Positions 14,053 through 28,637 of a stretch of DNA of 64,000 bases are shown piece after piece. The DNA lies in the NCBI RefSeq assembly GCF_006345805.1, contig NC_043011.1, positions 20,968,464 to 21,032,463 on the forward strand, in the 5' to 3' direction. Position numbers and translations under genes: made by a program. This stretch comes from Octopus sinensis (Eukaryota). Within the stretch, counting starts at the first letter, position 1; each line of letters starts with the position of its first letter. The notes below the pieces were generated by a model. It was given only the letters and a program-made list of their open reading frames with translations. It was not told where the DNA came from and ran no database searches.

Positions 14053-14236
14053 TATTCTTTTACTTGTTTCAGTCATTTGACTGTGGCCATGCTGGAGCAC
14101 CGCCTTTAGTTGAGCAAATCGCCCCCAGGACATATCCTATCGGTCTCTTTTGCCGAACTGCTAAGTTAGGGGGGAAATAAACACACCAGTATCAGTTTTC
14201 AAACAATGTTGGGGGTGGGACAAACACAGACACACA

Positions 14237-14316
<80 letters not shown>

Positions 14317-14489
14317 CATATATTCGACAGGCTTCTTTTCAGTTTCCATCTACCAAATCCACTCACAAGGCTTTGGTCGGCCCAAGGCTATAGTAGAAGA
14401 CACTTGCCCAAGGTGCCACACAGTGGGACTGAACCCGGAACTATGTGGTTCGTAAGCAAGCTACTTACCACACAGCCACTCTTACGCCT
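14053..14489 (-). mobile_element. SINE-A
   Basis: Collinear, with a small internal deletion and a long (TA)n. Confidence 0.9.
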
Positions 14490-15384
14490 ACATGTTAATT
14501 CTTTTTTTGGCAACTAGATCTCAAAGTACATATAAAGCTGTAAATAATCATTTCAAATTTTAACCCAACATCAGTAATTTCAGGTGAAGTTCCCAGTGCT
14601 CAACTGGTACTTCTTCTATCGACCCCACAAGGATAAAACATAAAGTTGACCTCGGCGGGATTCAAACCCAGAACGTAAATATGGACGATACATTGTATAA
14701 AGCTATAATAATAGTATGTAAATATTTTTTTTTTTTTGCCCACAAGGGGCTAAACATAGAGGGGACAAACAAGGATGGACAAACGGATTAAGTCAATTAC
14801 ATCAACCCCAGTGCGTAACTGGTACTTAATTTATCGACCCCGAAATGATGAAAGGCAAAGTCGACCTCGGCGGAATTTGAACTCAGAAAGGGTTGTAAAA
14901 CCCTTTTGAATAGAAAAGGTCAAAGACTACAGCTGGGGTTCAAACCCACATCTTCTGTAAATGTGGATTCAAGTCCTGTAAATGTGGATTCAATTGATCC
15001 AAATTGTCTTCAAAATGATGTTATGTGATTCTTTGATATTATAAACATACAAGCAGTGGTTTACAACACTTAGCAATCTTGAAAATGAGGCTTGCTTATT
15101 TCATTTAGGTGGCAAGCTGGCAGAATCACTAGCATGCCGGACAGAGTGTTTAGTGGCATTTCATTCATCCTCACATTCTGAGTTCAAATTCCACTGAGGT
15201 TGACTTTGCCTTTCATACTTTTGGGATTGATAAAATAAGCAGTAGTTGAGCACTGGGGTTGATGTAATCGACTTAACCCTTCAACCAAAATTGCTGGCAT
15301 TGTGCTAAAATTTGAAACCTATAGTAGTTGGAAGGCATTTACAGACTGGCATCTTTCCCCTGACCAGAATACTTCGTATTTTAA

Positions 15385-15845
15385 GGCGGCACGATGGCAG
15401 AAACGTTGGAAAGCCAGGCAAAATGCTTAGCCGTATTTCGTATACCGCTATATTCTGAGTTCAAATTCCGCCGAGGTCGACTTTGCCTTTCATCCTTTCG
15501 GGGTCGATTAAATAAGTACCTATTTCTTTACTACCCACAAGGGGCTAAACATAGAGGGGACAAACAAGGACAGACAGAGGTATTAAGTCGATTAAATCGA
15601 CCCCAGTGCGTAACTGGTACTTAGTTTATCGACCCCGAAAGGATGAAAGGCAAAGTTGTCCTCGGCGGAATTTGAACGCAGAACGTAACGGCAGACGAAA
15701 TACGGCTACACATTTCGCCTGGCGTGCTAATGTTTCTGCCAGCTCACCGATTAAATAAGTACCGGTTACAAACTGGGGTCGATATAATCGACTTAATCCG
15801 GTTGTCCCCTCTGTGTGGAGCCCCTTGTGGGCAGTAAAGAAATAA
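15385..15845. mobile_element. SINE-C (+) containing an inverted SINE-C (-, 15521-15748)
   Basis: Inner TSD gattaaataagtacc (15506-15520 / 15749-15763). Confidence 0.92.
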
Positions 15846-16504
15846 AAATACTCTGTATTTAAGTAGTTTCAACCTTTTCACTAATAGCATCCCCTAATAA
15901 TTAAACATGATAATCTCCAAGTCCCTGAAAGAATCCTATCAACTAATTATACCTAACATCAGCACTTCAAGCCAAATGAAGCTCAAACAGCTAGAAACAG
16001 CAGCTAACTCTGCAAATCACATGCTTTTACCATCTTAAAAAAAAAAGTATCAACATTTCTGGATAATACCCGAATGTCTATACATCAGAAAGTAAAACAA
16101 AATACCTAATGCGGTTAGAATGTCTTTAATCATAGGTCTGTCCAATTAGGGTTGACTTGCGATTCAACGAGAACACCAACTGACAATTAAACCAGTTTTA
16201 AAATAATTTCTGGTTCACGATTTGTTAGCACTGGACATTGTTTACATTGTTTTCTAGCCCAAGTGTACATGTAGCTCGTCTTCTGTTCATTTAAGTAGCG
16301 TTTATGCATGAGTGTTATCTCCCGCCAAAATAATACCAAGTTCAAGCAATAAATTCTCCGTAATTAGCTGCAATGTTATTTTGCTGTGGTTCTGTGTAAA
16401 TAATGATGTTTTAACTATGGAACGAAACTGAAGACGTAACCTACTAGACGCAAAGCATTTGCATAATTTGTAAGACAACTAGATGGTAAATATAAATGAA
16501 GTAT

Positions 16505-17114
16505 TATATATGTATCTATATATACATATATATGTATGTGTATGTATATTATTATATATATATATATTAATAATATATATATATAATATATACACATACA
16601 TAGATATATATACCTATATACATACATAGATATATATACCTATATACATGCATAGAGAAATATATACATATATACATACACATATACATACATGTATCCA
16701 TACATGCATATATATAAATATACATACACATACAACACACACATATATATATATATGCATACATATATATATACATACATTTATAAATAATATACATATA
16801 TATGCATACATATATATATACATACATTTATAAATATATACATATATATACATACATTTATAAATATATACATATATATACATACATTTATAAATATACA
16901 TATATATATATACACACACACACACATATACATACGTATACATACATATATATATACATACGTATACATACATATATATATACATACATAAATAAATATA
17001 AATATATATAGATACATATCTATATATATATATATACCTACATACAGACATATATACACATACAAAAATATACATACATATTAACTTCTTTGAGGTGATG
17101 AGTAAAAAGTATAA

Positions 17115-17145
<31 letters not shown>

Positions 17146-17222
17146 CATAGATGCATTTGTGAGTGTGCATATGGATTAATGCGTTTACACATGTACCTGT
17201 ATGTGTGTATATGCATATATAT

Positions 17223-17255
<33 letters not shown>

Positions 17256-18190
17256 GTGTGTGTACAGATATGTGTGTACGTGTCGATATATGTATATGTG
17301 TGTGTATATGCATGTGTTTGTGTATATATATGAAAATATGAATGCATATATGTGTGTATATGTATACATGCGTACTTGCATATATACAAATTTTCTTAAC
17401 TTTATTTATACATTATAAACGAATATTACATTCCTACCTTATTTATATTTAAATTTCCTCTATCATCTGTATTTAAGTTACTCATTCTTACTCTAATTCT
17501 ATTTACCTAATCTATCTTATCTCCAATCAACCAGCAAACCCCTTGCCTGAACATATAAAAATACAAATCATAAACAGTATCATTCAGTCTGCTACAATGA
17601 ATCCATAAACACATATAAAACACCCAAGGCTATATTTTTTTACCCCTTCTGAAGATATTATGCTCAGGTCAAATGCATTTAAAATTTAATTAATATTTAC
17701 TGAGTATTAATTGAAACAGCTGTAAGGAATGATCATTTATTTGCTGTTAATAGTAAGACAATTAGTGCCTTCCCAATCTCCGTTTTTTTCTCCTTTTATA
17801 TACATATATATATACATATATACACATATATATATACACATACACCTGCATATATATATACATACATATATATACACATACATATATATACACATACATA
17901 CATATATACACATATACATACAAATATACACATATACATACATATATATACATATACACACATATACATACATATATATAGATAAACAAATATAAACATA
18001 CATATACATACACATACACACGCATATACTTATATATACATATAGATACATATATGCATGTATATATATATACATGCATACATATACATACATATATATA
18101 CATATGGATATACATACAAGCACGCATACATACAAACATATATGCATACATACATACATACATACATACATACATGCATGTATGCATGCC
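16505..18190. repeat. Compound (TA)n/(CA)n/(TACA)n microsatellite fields
   Basis: Two low-complexity blocks (16505-17390, 17795-18190) that generate the Y/I/M/H-rich spurious ORFs. Confidence 0.95.
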
Positions 18191-18364
18191 TAATAGCCAA
18201 TGAGAATGCATCGTAGCTCTTAGCTCTGGCATTTGAAACTCTGAGTCCCATTATGACAACTTACTTATTGTAAACCACTGAAGCATTTACATTCTATACA
18301 TTGTGTTTGCAGGTATTCACAGAAGCGCTGACCTGCTGTAACTACCTGTATCCCTTTCATTTGC

Positions 18365-18406
<42 letters not shown>

Positions 18407-19278
18407 TATGTATATTAATGATTTTATTTTGTTATAGAATCCATAGTTCAGTAGACCAACTACTTTCATTCACATAAGATTGTTAGTTCAAGTTCAGCTA
18501 CATGCATTATTCTCTCATACAAAAATAAGGGTGTGCATGATGAAATTTGTTAAGGCAGAAACTAATAGATGTCTTCAAGATCATTACACACTCAAAACTG
18601 AAAACTTCTTGATGATAAACAGACAGCACTCAAGGCTGCCATACACTTTGAAGAGTTTAACAAAGAACATAGTTTTCAAAGATGCATTCTCTTAAGACTG
18701 CACCTTCTGTACTACGTTGTGAAATTGATGCCTTCTCAAAAATTAAAAAAATACCGTTTCAAAAGAAATTATGTATTTTATGGTTCCCTATTAACTTCTG
18801 ACAATCTTATATTTATCAAGATAACGGCAGGATTTCTACATGTACCTTAACTCAATTTCAATTCCAGGTAGAAGCTATTTACTTCATTTACATCACTTAG
18901 TGTTTTCAGATAGGGGAACCTTTATGCAGTCGTCTGACTTGTAATCTTTCAGTTTACGACCACAAAGTGAACGTGGTAAATTTGACTACAAATCTCCGTA
19001 AATCTTTGTATCATTCACAAATAAACCCCAGTCTGCACTTTGTGGCTCCCGACAATACACACAAACACTACAGAAGGTATGTGGAGCAGATCAAAAGACA
19101 AATATCTCACCATGTGTGGGACATCAAAAACTGTTTCTAACTCATCTATGAGAATTTGCTAGTACAGCAGTCATGAAAACAAACCACATATGCAATTTTT
19201 TAATTGTATTAGACATTATTACCCTACAGTACAAATACTTTTGTATTCAAATTTTAGTAATAACTCATATACTTTTAA

Positions 19279-19643
19279 TTTTACTTGCTTCAGTCACTTG
19301 ACTCCAGCCATGCTGGAGCACCACCTTTAGTTGAGCAAATCGACCCCAGGACTTATTCTTTGTAAGCCTAGTACTTACTCTATCGGTCTCTTCTGCCGAA
19401 CTGCTAAGTTACGGGGACGTAAACACACCAGCATCGGTTGTCAAGCGATGTTAGTGGGACAAACACAGACACATATATATGACGGGCTTCTTTCAGCTTC
19501 CGTCTACCAAATCCACTCACAAGGCTTTGGTCGGCCCGGGGCTATAGTAGAAGACACTTGCCCAAGGTGCCACACAGTGGGACTGAACCCAGAACTATGT
19601 GGTTGGTAAGCAAGCTACTTACCACACAGCCACTCCAGCGCCT
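19279..19643 (-). mobile_element. SINE-A
   Basis: Collinear, with a minimal internal microsatellite. Confidence 0.9.
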
Positions 19644-20395
19644 AATATACTGATTTTTATATCATAATAAATCAGGTAATGTTCATTTTCGTTTCATTAA
19701 TGTTTACTGCCGGTTGCCTTTCAACATCACCCTGTAATCTTCAACCGAAACGGTTCCTTCTTACTTTTACTTTGTGATCATAAACCGGAAGATTACCCAT
19801 TCAACCATTTTGACATAGCAAACCACATTTCCCTCAAATTACACCCCTAATCTTAGAGAAAAGACGGCACTGGATAATGTAGAGAGTATAGTCACAGCCT
19901 GAAATGTTTTTGATTACAGATCCAGATTGACCTTGGGTAAATAATAACAACAAATTATCCATATCTTCCAAAATATTGTGGAAAAAGAGGTGTAGGATGA
20001 ATGCAGAATTTGGCATTTCTCATTAAATGTGTTTTTCCTCTTCAAAAACACAATATCACTTTGGATTTCCAGATGGTGCAAATATATAGCAGAAGTTTAA
20101 ATTTTCTCAAGGTTAAGCAGAGTGTTGCCTAGTACGATACAAATTAAACACATACAGACACAATCATAAGTATACATACACAGGCTCTTTCTTTTTTTTT
20201 TTGTGAACAAATATACACAAAAGTAACGTATCGTTTACAAAAATGCTGAAAACTAGGTTAATTCTAAGTAAAAGTCGATAAATACATAGAAAATATCAAC
20301 AACGGTTAACATAATATCCGTAACCCTTTTCCAAAGGATTTAATAGAGCGGCTGCTGAACACTACACGTTGTTATACATATACGTACACATGTAC

Positions 20396-20438
<43 letters not shown>

Positions 20439-20769
20439 CGTATGTACATAAACACAAACAGCTCCTGGTAAACAGAAATACACGAATCTGACGTATCACT
20501 TACAAATACAACGAAAATCTAGGTTAATTCTAAGTAAAACTCCGTAAATATCGTAGAACATCGACATCGTTAATGTAATAAGCGTCAATCCAACTGCTTG
20601 CTACCAGTTTACAATCCCATCCTAAGGGACCTGGCAGGCTGGAAACGAATAACAAATGTACATTTACTGTATATTTGCATTTTAGTTGTTTCCTGCTAAC
20701 CGTTTTATCGACATTTCTGTTCTCATCTACTTTCGTTTACAGCATAATTGGGGCTCGAGATGTGCATGC

Positions 20770-20867
20770 AAATATATATGTATGTATGTATGTATCTATC
20801 TATCTATCATCTATCTATATATATATATACACATACAGACTATACACAAACACATACATGTGTGTAA

Positions 20868-20903
<36 letters not shown>

Positions 20904-20911
20904 GTGTGTAC

Positions 20912-20942
<31 letters not shown>

Positions 20943-22739
20943 ATGTACATATATATATACATACATATGTAGATATATGTATATAAATATACATACATAT
21001 CTATCTATATAAATATACATACTTATGTGTATATATATATATATAAAAGTATATACATACATAAATATGTATACATATATATATACATATGTATATATAT
21101 GTATATGCATCTATATATATATACATATATATGTATACATACATATGTATATATATAAACATATACACATACACACATATATATATATATATATATATAC
21201 ATGCCTATATATATACATACATATGTGTGTTTCTATATATACATATTTATATATAAACATAAACATACATAAACATGTTTATACATGCATACACATATAT
21301 ATAAACAAATGTATATATATATTTATACATGTATATATACGCCTACACACACCGAAGTAAGCACATAAATGTCAAACAAGGTGGAAATCTGCAGCTTTTC
21401 GAGAAAGTATATATATACATATAGATGCATATATCTATACACACACACACATGTATACATATATACATAAGCATATAAATACATATATATATACATATAC
21501 ATACATGTATGTGTATACATATATACATATACATACATATATATATATACATATACATACATATATATATATACATATACATACATATATATATACATAT
21601 ATACATACATATACATACATATATATATACATATATACATACATATACATACATATATATATACATATACATACATATATATATACATATATACATACAT
21701 ATACATACATATATATATACATATACATACATATATATATACATATATACATACATATACATACATATATATATACATATACATACATATATATATACAT
21801 ATACATACATATATATATACATATACATACATATATATATACATACATATACATAAATATATATATATATACATATATGTATATATATACATATATGTAT
21901 ACATATACATATATGTATACATAAACATAAATATATATATATATACATATATGTATATATATACATATATGTATACATATACATACATGTATACATAAAC
22001 ATAAATATATATATATATATACATATATGTATATATATACATATGTATACATATACATATATGTATACATAAACATATATGTATACATATGCATATATGT
22101 ATACATAAATATATATGTATACATATACATATATACACATATATATACGTATAAATACATATATATATATATATATATAAAAACACATATATATGTACAT
22201 ACATATATATATATACTACATATTATACATATCTGTACATACACATATATGTACATATATACATAGATATACAGATATATACTTATATATATACATATAT
22301 ATATATACACACACACATATATATGGATATATGTACACACATATACATACGTCTATATATATATATGGATATATATATATATACATACATATACAGATAT
22401 ATTTATACTTATTCATACATATACACATATACATACATATATATATACATGTATAAAGTTAATCCAAACAAGAAAACACAACAACGCGAGGAAGAGGAAC
22501 AAGTATGTTACTGGACACTCAGGAATGGAAGGAAAGAAGGAGTATTTAATGTTTCGAGCGGAGCTCATCGTCAGAAACATAGAAAAGGAGAGATCCATGG
22601 AACGGAAGACGGAGGAAAAAAATCACATATATACATGCATATATACAAACAAATATATACATGTTTATATATACATATAAATACTTTTATATATATATAT
22701 TCATATATACCTATATATGATGATGATCATATATATGTA

Positions 22740-22770
<31 letters not shown>

Positions 22771-22786
22771 TATTTATTTATATATA

Positions 22787-22825
<39 letters not shown>

Positions 22826-23249
22826 CCATATATGTGATATATATATGTATATATATGTATATATACATATATGTATATATAGATATATGTATATATATAT
22901 ATATCCATATATGTATATATACACATATGTATATATATATATATCCATATATGTATATATACACATATGTATATATATATGTATATATACACATATACAA
23001 ATATATACACATATTTATATACCTATATATATACATATTTATATACATATATATATACATATATATATACACATATATATACATATATATATACACATAT
23101 ATATACATATCACATATATATACATATTATATATATATATACATATTTATATATATATACACATAACTATATATATAATAATATATATATATATACACAT
23201 TTATATATATATATACCTATATATATATACACATAACTATATATTATAT

Positions 23250-23296
<47 letters not shown>

Positions 23297-23843
23297 GTAT
23301 ATATACACATATATATACATATATATACACATATAGACATATATATATATATACATATACACAGGTATATATACCATATATATACAATATATACACATAT
23401 AGACATATATATATATATACATATATGTATATTACTCTTTTATTTGTTTCAGTCACCTGACTGCGGCCATGCTGGAGCACCGCCTTTAGTCGAGCAACTC
23501 GACCCTGGACTTATTCTTTGTAATATGGAATGGATAGAAGAGGCTCTGAGAAGAACAGCGGAGGAGATAACATTTTGCCGAACCGCTAAGTGACGGGGAC
23601 ATAAACACACCAGCATCGTTGTCAAGCCATGCTAGGGGGACAAACACAGACACAGAAACATACACGCACATATATATAACATATATACGACGGGCTTCTT
23701 TCAGTTTCCGTCTACCAATCCACTCACAAGGCTTTGGTCGTCCCGAGGCTATAGTAAGTCACTTGCCCAAGGTACCACGCAGTGGGACTGAACCCGGAAC
23801 ATGTGGTTAGTAAGCTAAAAACTTACCACACAGCCACTCCTAC

Positions 23844-23886
<43 letters not shown>

Positions 23887-24346
23887 ATGCATATATGTTA
23901 TATACATATATACTAATCATCATCATCATGTAACGTCCGCTTCCCATGCTGGCATGGGTTACACGGTTTGACTGAGGACTGGTGAGCTATGGCTGCACCA
24001 GGGACAAGTTGAAACTCTGTTTGATTTATTTATGCAGCGTACAATTTTCATCATCCCTTTCTCATTCATAAACACAAGAGTATTATTACAGCAGATTAAC
24101 TCCGTAACTATGGGACCTGTGAAAAAATACAAAGCCCTGCATTACACTGGATCGTTCTACACATCTGTGTAATTTTTCTCACAATTCCACCCAGCTGTTT
24201 GACCGTGAATCCCAAGACAAGAAAGAACCACTCATATCAAATTTATACACAGACACACACATATATATATATATATATACACATATACATGTATACAAAT
24301 ACATATATATATACATATATATATATACACATGCGCATGTATACAA

Positions 24347-24377
<31 letters not shown>

Positions 24378-24750
24378 TACAAATATATATATATATATAC
24401 ACATATACATGTATACAAATATATATATATACACATATACGTGTATACAAATACACACATATATATATATACATATATATACACACATATATATATACAC
24501 ATATACATATATACAAATACATATATATATATACATGTATACAAGTACATATATATGGTACTCTGTAATTTTACCTATATATATATACACACATACAAAT
24601 ACGTATATATATATATACATACATATATACACATATACATATATACAGATATAAATATATATATACATAGATACAGATATAAATATATATATACATACAT
24701 ATACATACATACATATATGTATATATATATTTATATAGGTAAATTTTTTA

Positions 24751-24785
<35 letters not shown>

Positions 24786-24837
24786 TTATGTGTGTATATA
24801 TATATATATATTATATATACACACACTTAATAGATAG

Positions 24838-24925
<88 letters not shown>

Positions 24926-24945
24926 CAGATAGATAGATAGACAGG
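20770..24945. repeat. Multi-kb compound TA/CA microsatellite field ending in a long (GATA)n run
   Basis: Alternating purine-pyrimidine sequence interrupted by a few elements; (GATA)n at ~24831-24941. Confidence 0.95.
23433..23841 (-). mobile_element. SINE-A with a ~50 bp internal replacement
   Basis: Collinear except for unrelated sequence at ~23524-23572. Confidence 0.85.
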
Positions 24946-26937
24946 TAGGTAAGTAGGTGAATTACAGGGTGAGTAAAAGGTAAATGCGTGTTCCAAAGTC
25001 ATATTTTGAATTTCCCTGAACGAGAGAGGGCTACGGGTTACGTCATCGCTCTACATAGAAAGAAGGAGTAAAAACTGCGTGGCGTAGGTGTTAATGTGCG
25101 AGAGGGGCTACGATCACGGAAAGAGACACAGACAGAGAAAAAGAATATGAGTGTGTGTGTGTGTGTAAAATGATGTTCTTTTTCTGTCCAACTGTACGTA
25201 AGTGAGTTAACACGCCCAAGAGGTAAAGTGAGTGAGTGTGTGCGTAAAGAGAGAAAGAGTGAGGTTGGTCTATATGAGAATTGCTGTGTGTGAGCGAATG
25301 TCAGAAAAGAGCGAGTCTGTATATAGTTATGTGTTCTGAGTGAGAGAGAGAGAGAGAGAGAGTATCGGACAGAAAGAGCTTGTAAGAGAGAGAGAGAGAG
25401 CATGTTGTGTGTGAGTGTATCAACGTATGAATGTATGAGAATGAACATCTATTTTATTTGTTTTCCCACTCAGCAATATGTAGCTGTATATGAGAGCGAA
25501 TGGGGGTCTGTTCCGACTGACAGGCAGGCGTTAAATAACAATAACAGTCAAATCAGTCGACGTCAACAGACCATGTACACACAACCCAACTTAGATAAGC
25601 CATATACACATGTATATATATATATATATACACAGAAGAATGGCAAAAGATCACAGTTAATAATAATTACAAAAAATATATTTATATGTATATATACAAA
25701 TATATATACGTGCGTGTGTGTGTGTGTGTGTGTGTGCAATCGAGGGGCGAGGGTAAAGGTGGTAATTAGAACACCAGAGTTGGCAATTTTTTTTAATACT
25801 CCATTTCCTCTCAGTATTGATATTTCCCTGCAAGAGAGGCTTCAAATATAATAAAGCAGCAACTGTTCTAAGAAAAATAAGTTCATAGTTTCAGTTATAT
25901 AACTACATTTTCTTCACGATTAGTTTTATAAGACAGAAAGAAAACCAAAACGTGTATATAGATAGAATGCTCTTTTGTTTTACAGTAGACTTTTATCGGG
26001 GAACACAAATTCTCATATCATCATCGTATTTGTCATGCACTCCAACTGTCACCATAATCACTAGTGACATTTTAAATGTTTAGTAATAGCCTCTTTTGTT
26101 TTACGGTTATTATTTTGTGTATAGGCACAAGTTAAATTTTATAGGGTATATTCGAGTAAATTCAACTAATACATTCCAGATACATTTGTTTAATAGCAGA
26201 TTCCAGTATGATGGAGGGTTAAGTCGATTAGGGCGGGAATTGAACACCGAAACGCGTGACACTGTGCTTGATACCTGTGTAATATTTATCTAGTCTGGCT
26301 CATCGCTGTTTGTGCCACCACATCTATCGCCCTGGAATTAATTACTTTTCTTTTAATCTAAGACACAAAGCCAACTTTAAAAAGAATGGGAAGGGAGTAG
26401 AATACAATAAGCAAACGTCCACAGAGTATTACTGATACTTATATTATTAGACTTCAAAGGGCGGGGATAAAAGACTACATCAGCTCCAACAGAATTTGGA
26501 GACTAAATATTAAATACCACAAAGCATCTAATCTGGCTCGATGCAGTCTACGTCAACACAACTGTCCTAATAATGAAATACAAGTATGGGGGAGCACCAG
26601 CGAAAATGTATATTAAAATATATATATATATATATAATAGGAGATCGATCTCAATGAGAAAGTAGATGTAAATAATAAACACACACATGTAGAAAGGAAG
26701 AGAGGGTATTAAAAGCTGTTTTTTCATATAATTACAGAAATCTAGTCGTTCAGATAACGTACAACTGCAATATTCTTGGGCAAAAATAAAGCTTAGATTC
26801 TCCCACAATTTCTGAAAGATCGCAGGAAACAGTGGAAGCAGAACTTTAGAAATGCAAGTGCGACCCAGAAACTGTTTTGGCGTGGCAAGACTTTCTTTAT
26901 CATTTTCGTTTTAATTATCATTATTATTATTCATTAC

Positions 26938-26971
<34 letters not shown>

Positions 26972-27414
26972 TAACCATACGCGCCTACCTGTATCTAGAT
27001 CATATTTTTTTTTCTTTATATTTATATTTTTTTGCAGCCTGTTCTGTAACATAGCTTTAGAACACAGAAGAAAAAAACCCAGAAGGATTCGACAAGAAGG
27101 ATACCGTTTACGGGGGGAAATATTGGTACTAACATCGGGGATAACAATAAAGAGATGAAATATAAAGAAAATATCTTTCCTAGAAGTCAATTAAAAGCAA
27201 TAAAGATGACAACTCACCGACAACTCCGTGTGTTTACTTCGGCAAGACGGACATTTCGCGCGTAGGATTCAGTGCCCGGATGTTGGCAAGGTCGAGGTCG
27301 TTCTAACGGTGATGACTACTACTATTAACTGTTGGCTTAGAACGAAGCTATGTGGCGTACTGAATCCTGTGTATACGAATATGTGTACACGCGCGCGCAC
27401 ACGCAAACGCAAAC

Positions 27415-27557
27415 CATATATACACACAAACATATATGTATGTATATATGTGTGTGTATATATATATATATACATATTTGTATATATAGATATGTATATA
27501 TATATATAATATATATATATATATAAATATGTATATATATATATATAGATAGATACA

Positions 27558-27588
<31 letters not shown>

Positions 27589-27589
27589 G

Positions 27590-27633
<44 letters not shown>

Positions 27634-27663
27634 TATATAGATTATATATATATATATATATAT

Positions 27664-27712
<49 letters not shown>

Positions 27713-28000
27713 GATATATATGTATATATATATATAGATAGATATAGATATGTATTAATATGTGTATATATATATGTATATATTTGTGTGTATATAGATA
27801 TTTATGTAGATATATATATATATATATATATAATATATGTATATATATATGTATATATTTGTTTGTATATATATATATAGAGAGAGAGAAGATAGATAGA
27901 TAGATGAATACTTATACATACAACATATATACATAATATATACACATATATGCCTTATTTTATTGCCTTTTATGTGTATGAGTATGTGTGTATGTGTGAG

Positions 28001-28041
<41 letters not shown>

Positions 28042-28320
28042 ATGTATATATATACACACACATATATATATATATGTATGTATATATATATATATATATA
28101 TACATTCTTTTATCCTTTTACTTGTTTCAGTCATTTGACTGGAGCCATGCTGGAGCACAGCCTTATAGTCGAAGAAATCGACCCCTGAACTTATTCTTTG
28201 AAAGCCTGGTACTTATTCTATTGGCCGAACCTCTAGATAACGGGGACGTAAACACACTAACATCGGTTGTCGGACGATGGGGAGGAGGGAACAAACAGAG
28301 ACATAAAGACATACACATAA

Positions 28321-28356
<36 letters not shown>

Positions 28357-28469
28357 CGGGCTTCTTTCAGTTTCTGTCTACCAAATCTACTGAGAAGGCT
28401 ACTTCAGTGGACTGAACATGGTACCATGTTGTTGGGAAGCAAGTTTCTTACCACATAGCCATGCCTGCA

Positions 28470-28517
<48 letters not shown>

Positions 28518-28606
28518 CATGTAAATATATGTATGTATGTATAGATATGTAGTTATCTTTGCTTAGATAGATAGATAGATGGATGGATGGATGTGTGTAT
28601 ATATAT

Positions 28607-28637
<31 letters not shown>

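Noticed and set aside
19331-19609. Recurring peptides such as GLLSVSVYQIHSQGFGRPEAIVEDTCPRC
   Set aside because: These are translations of SINE-A, not a gene family.
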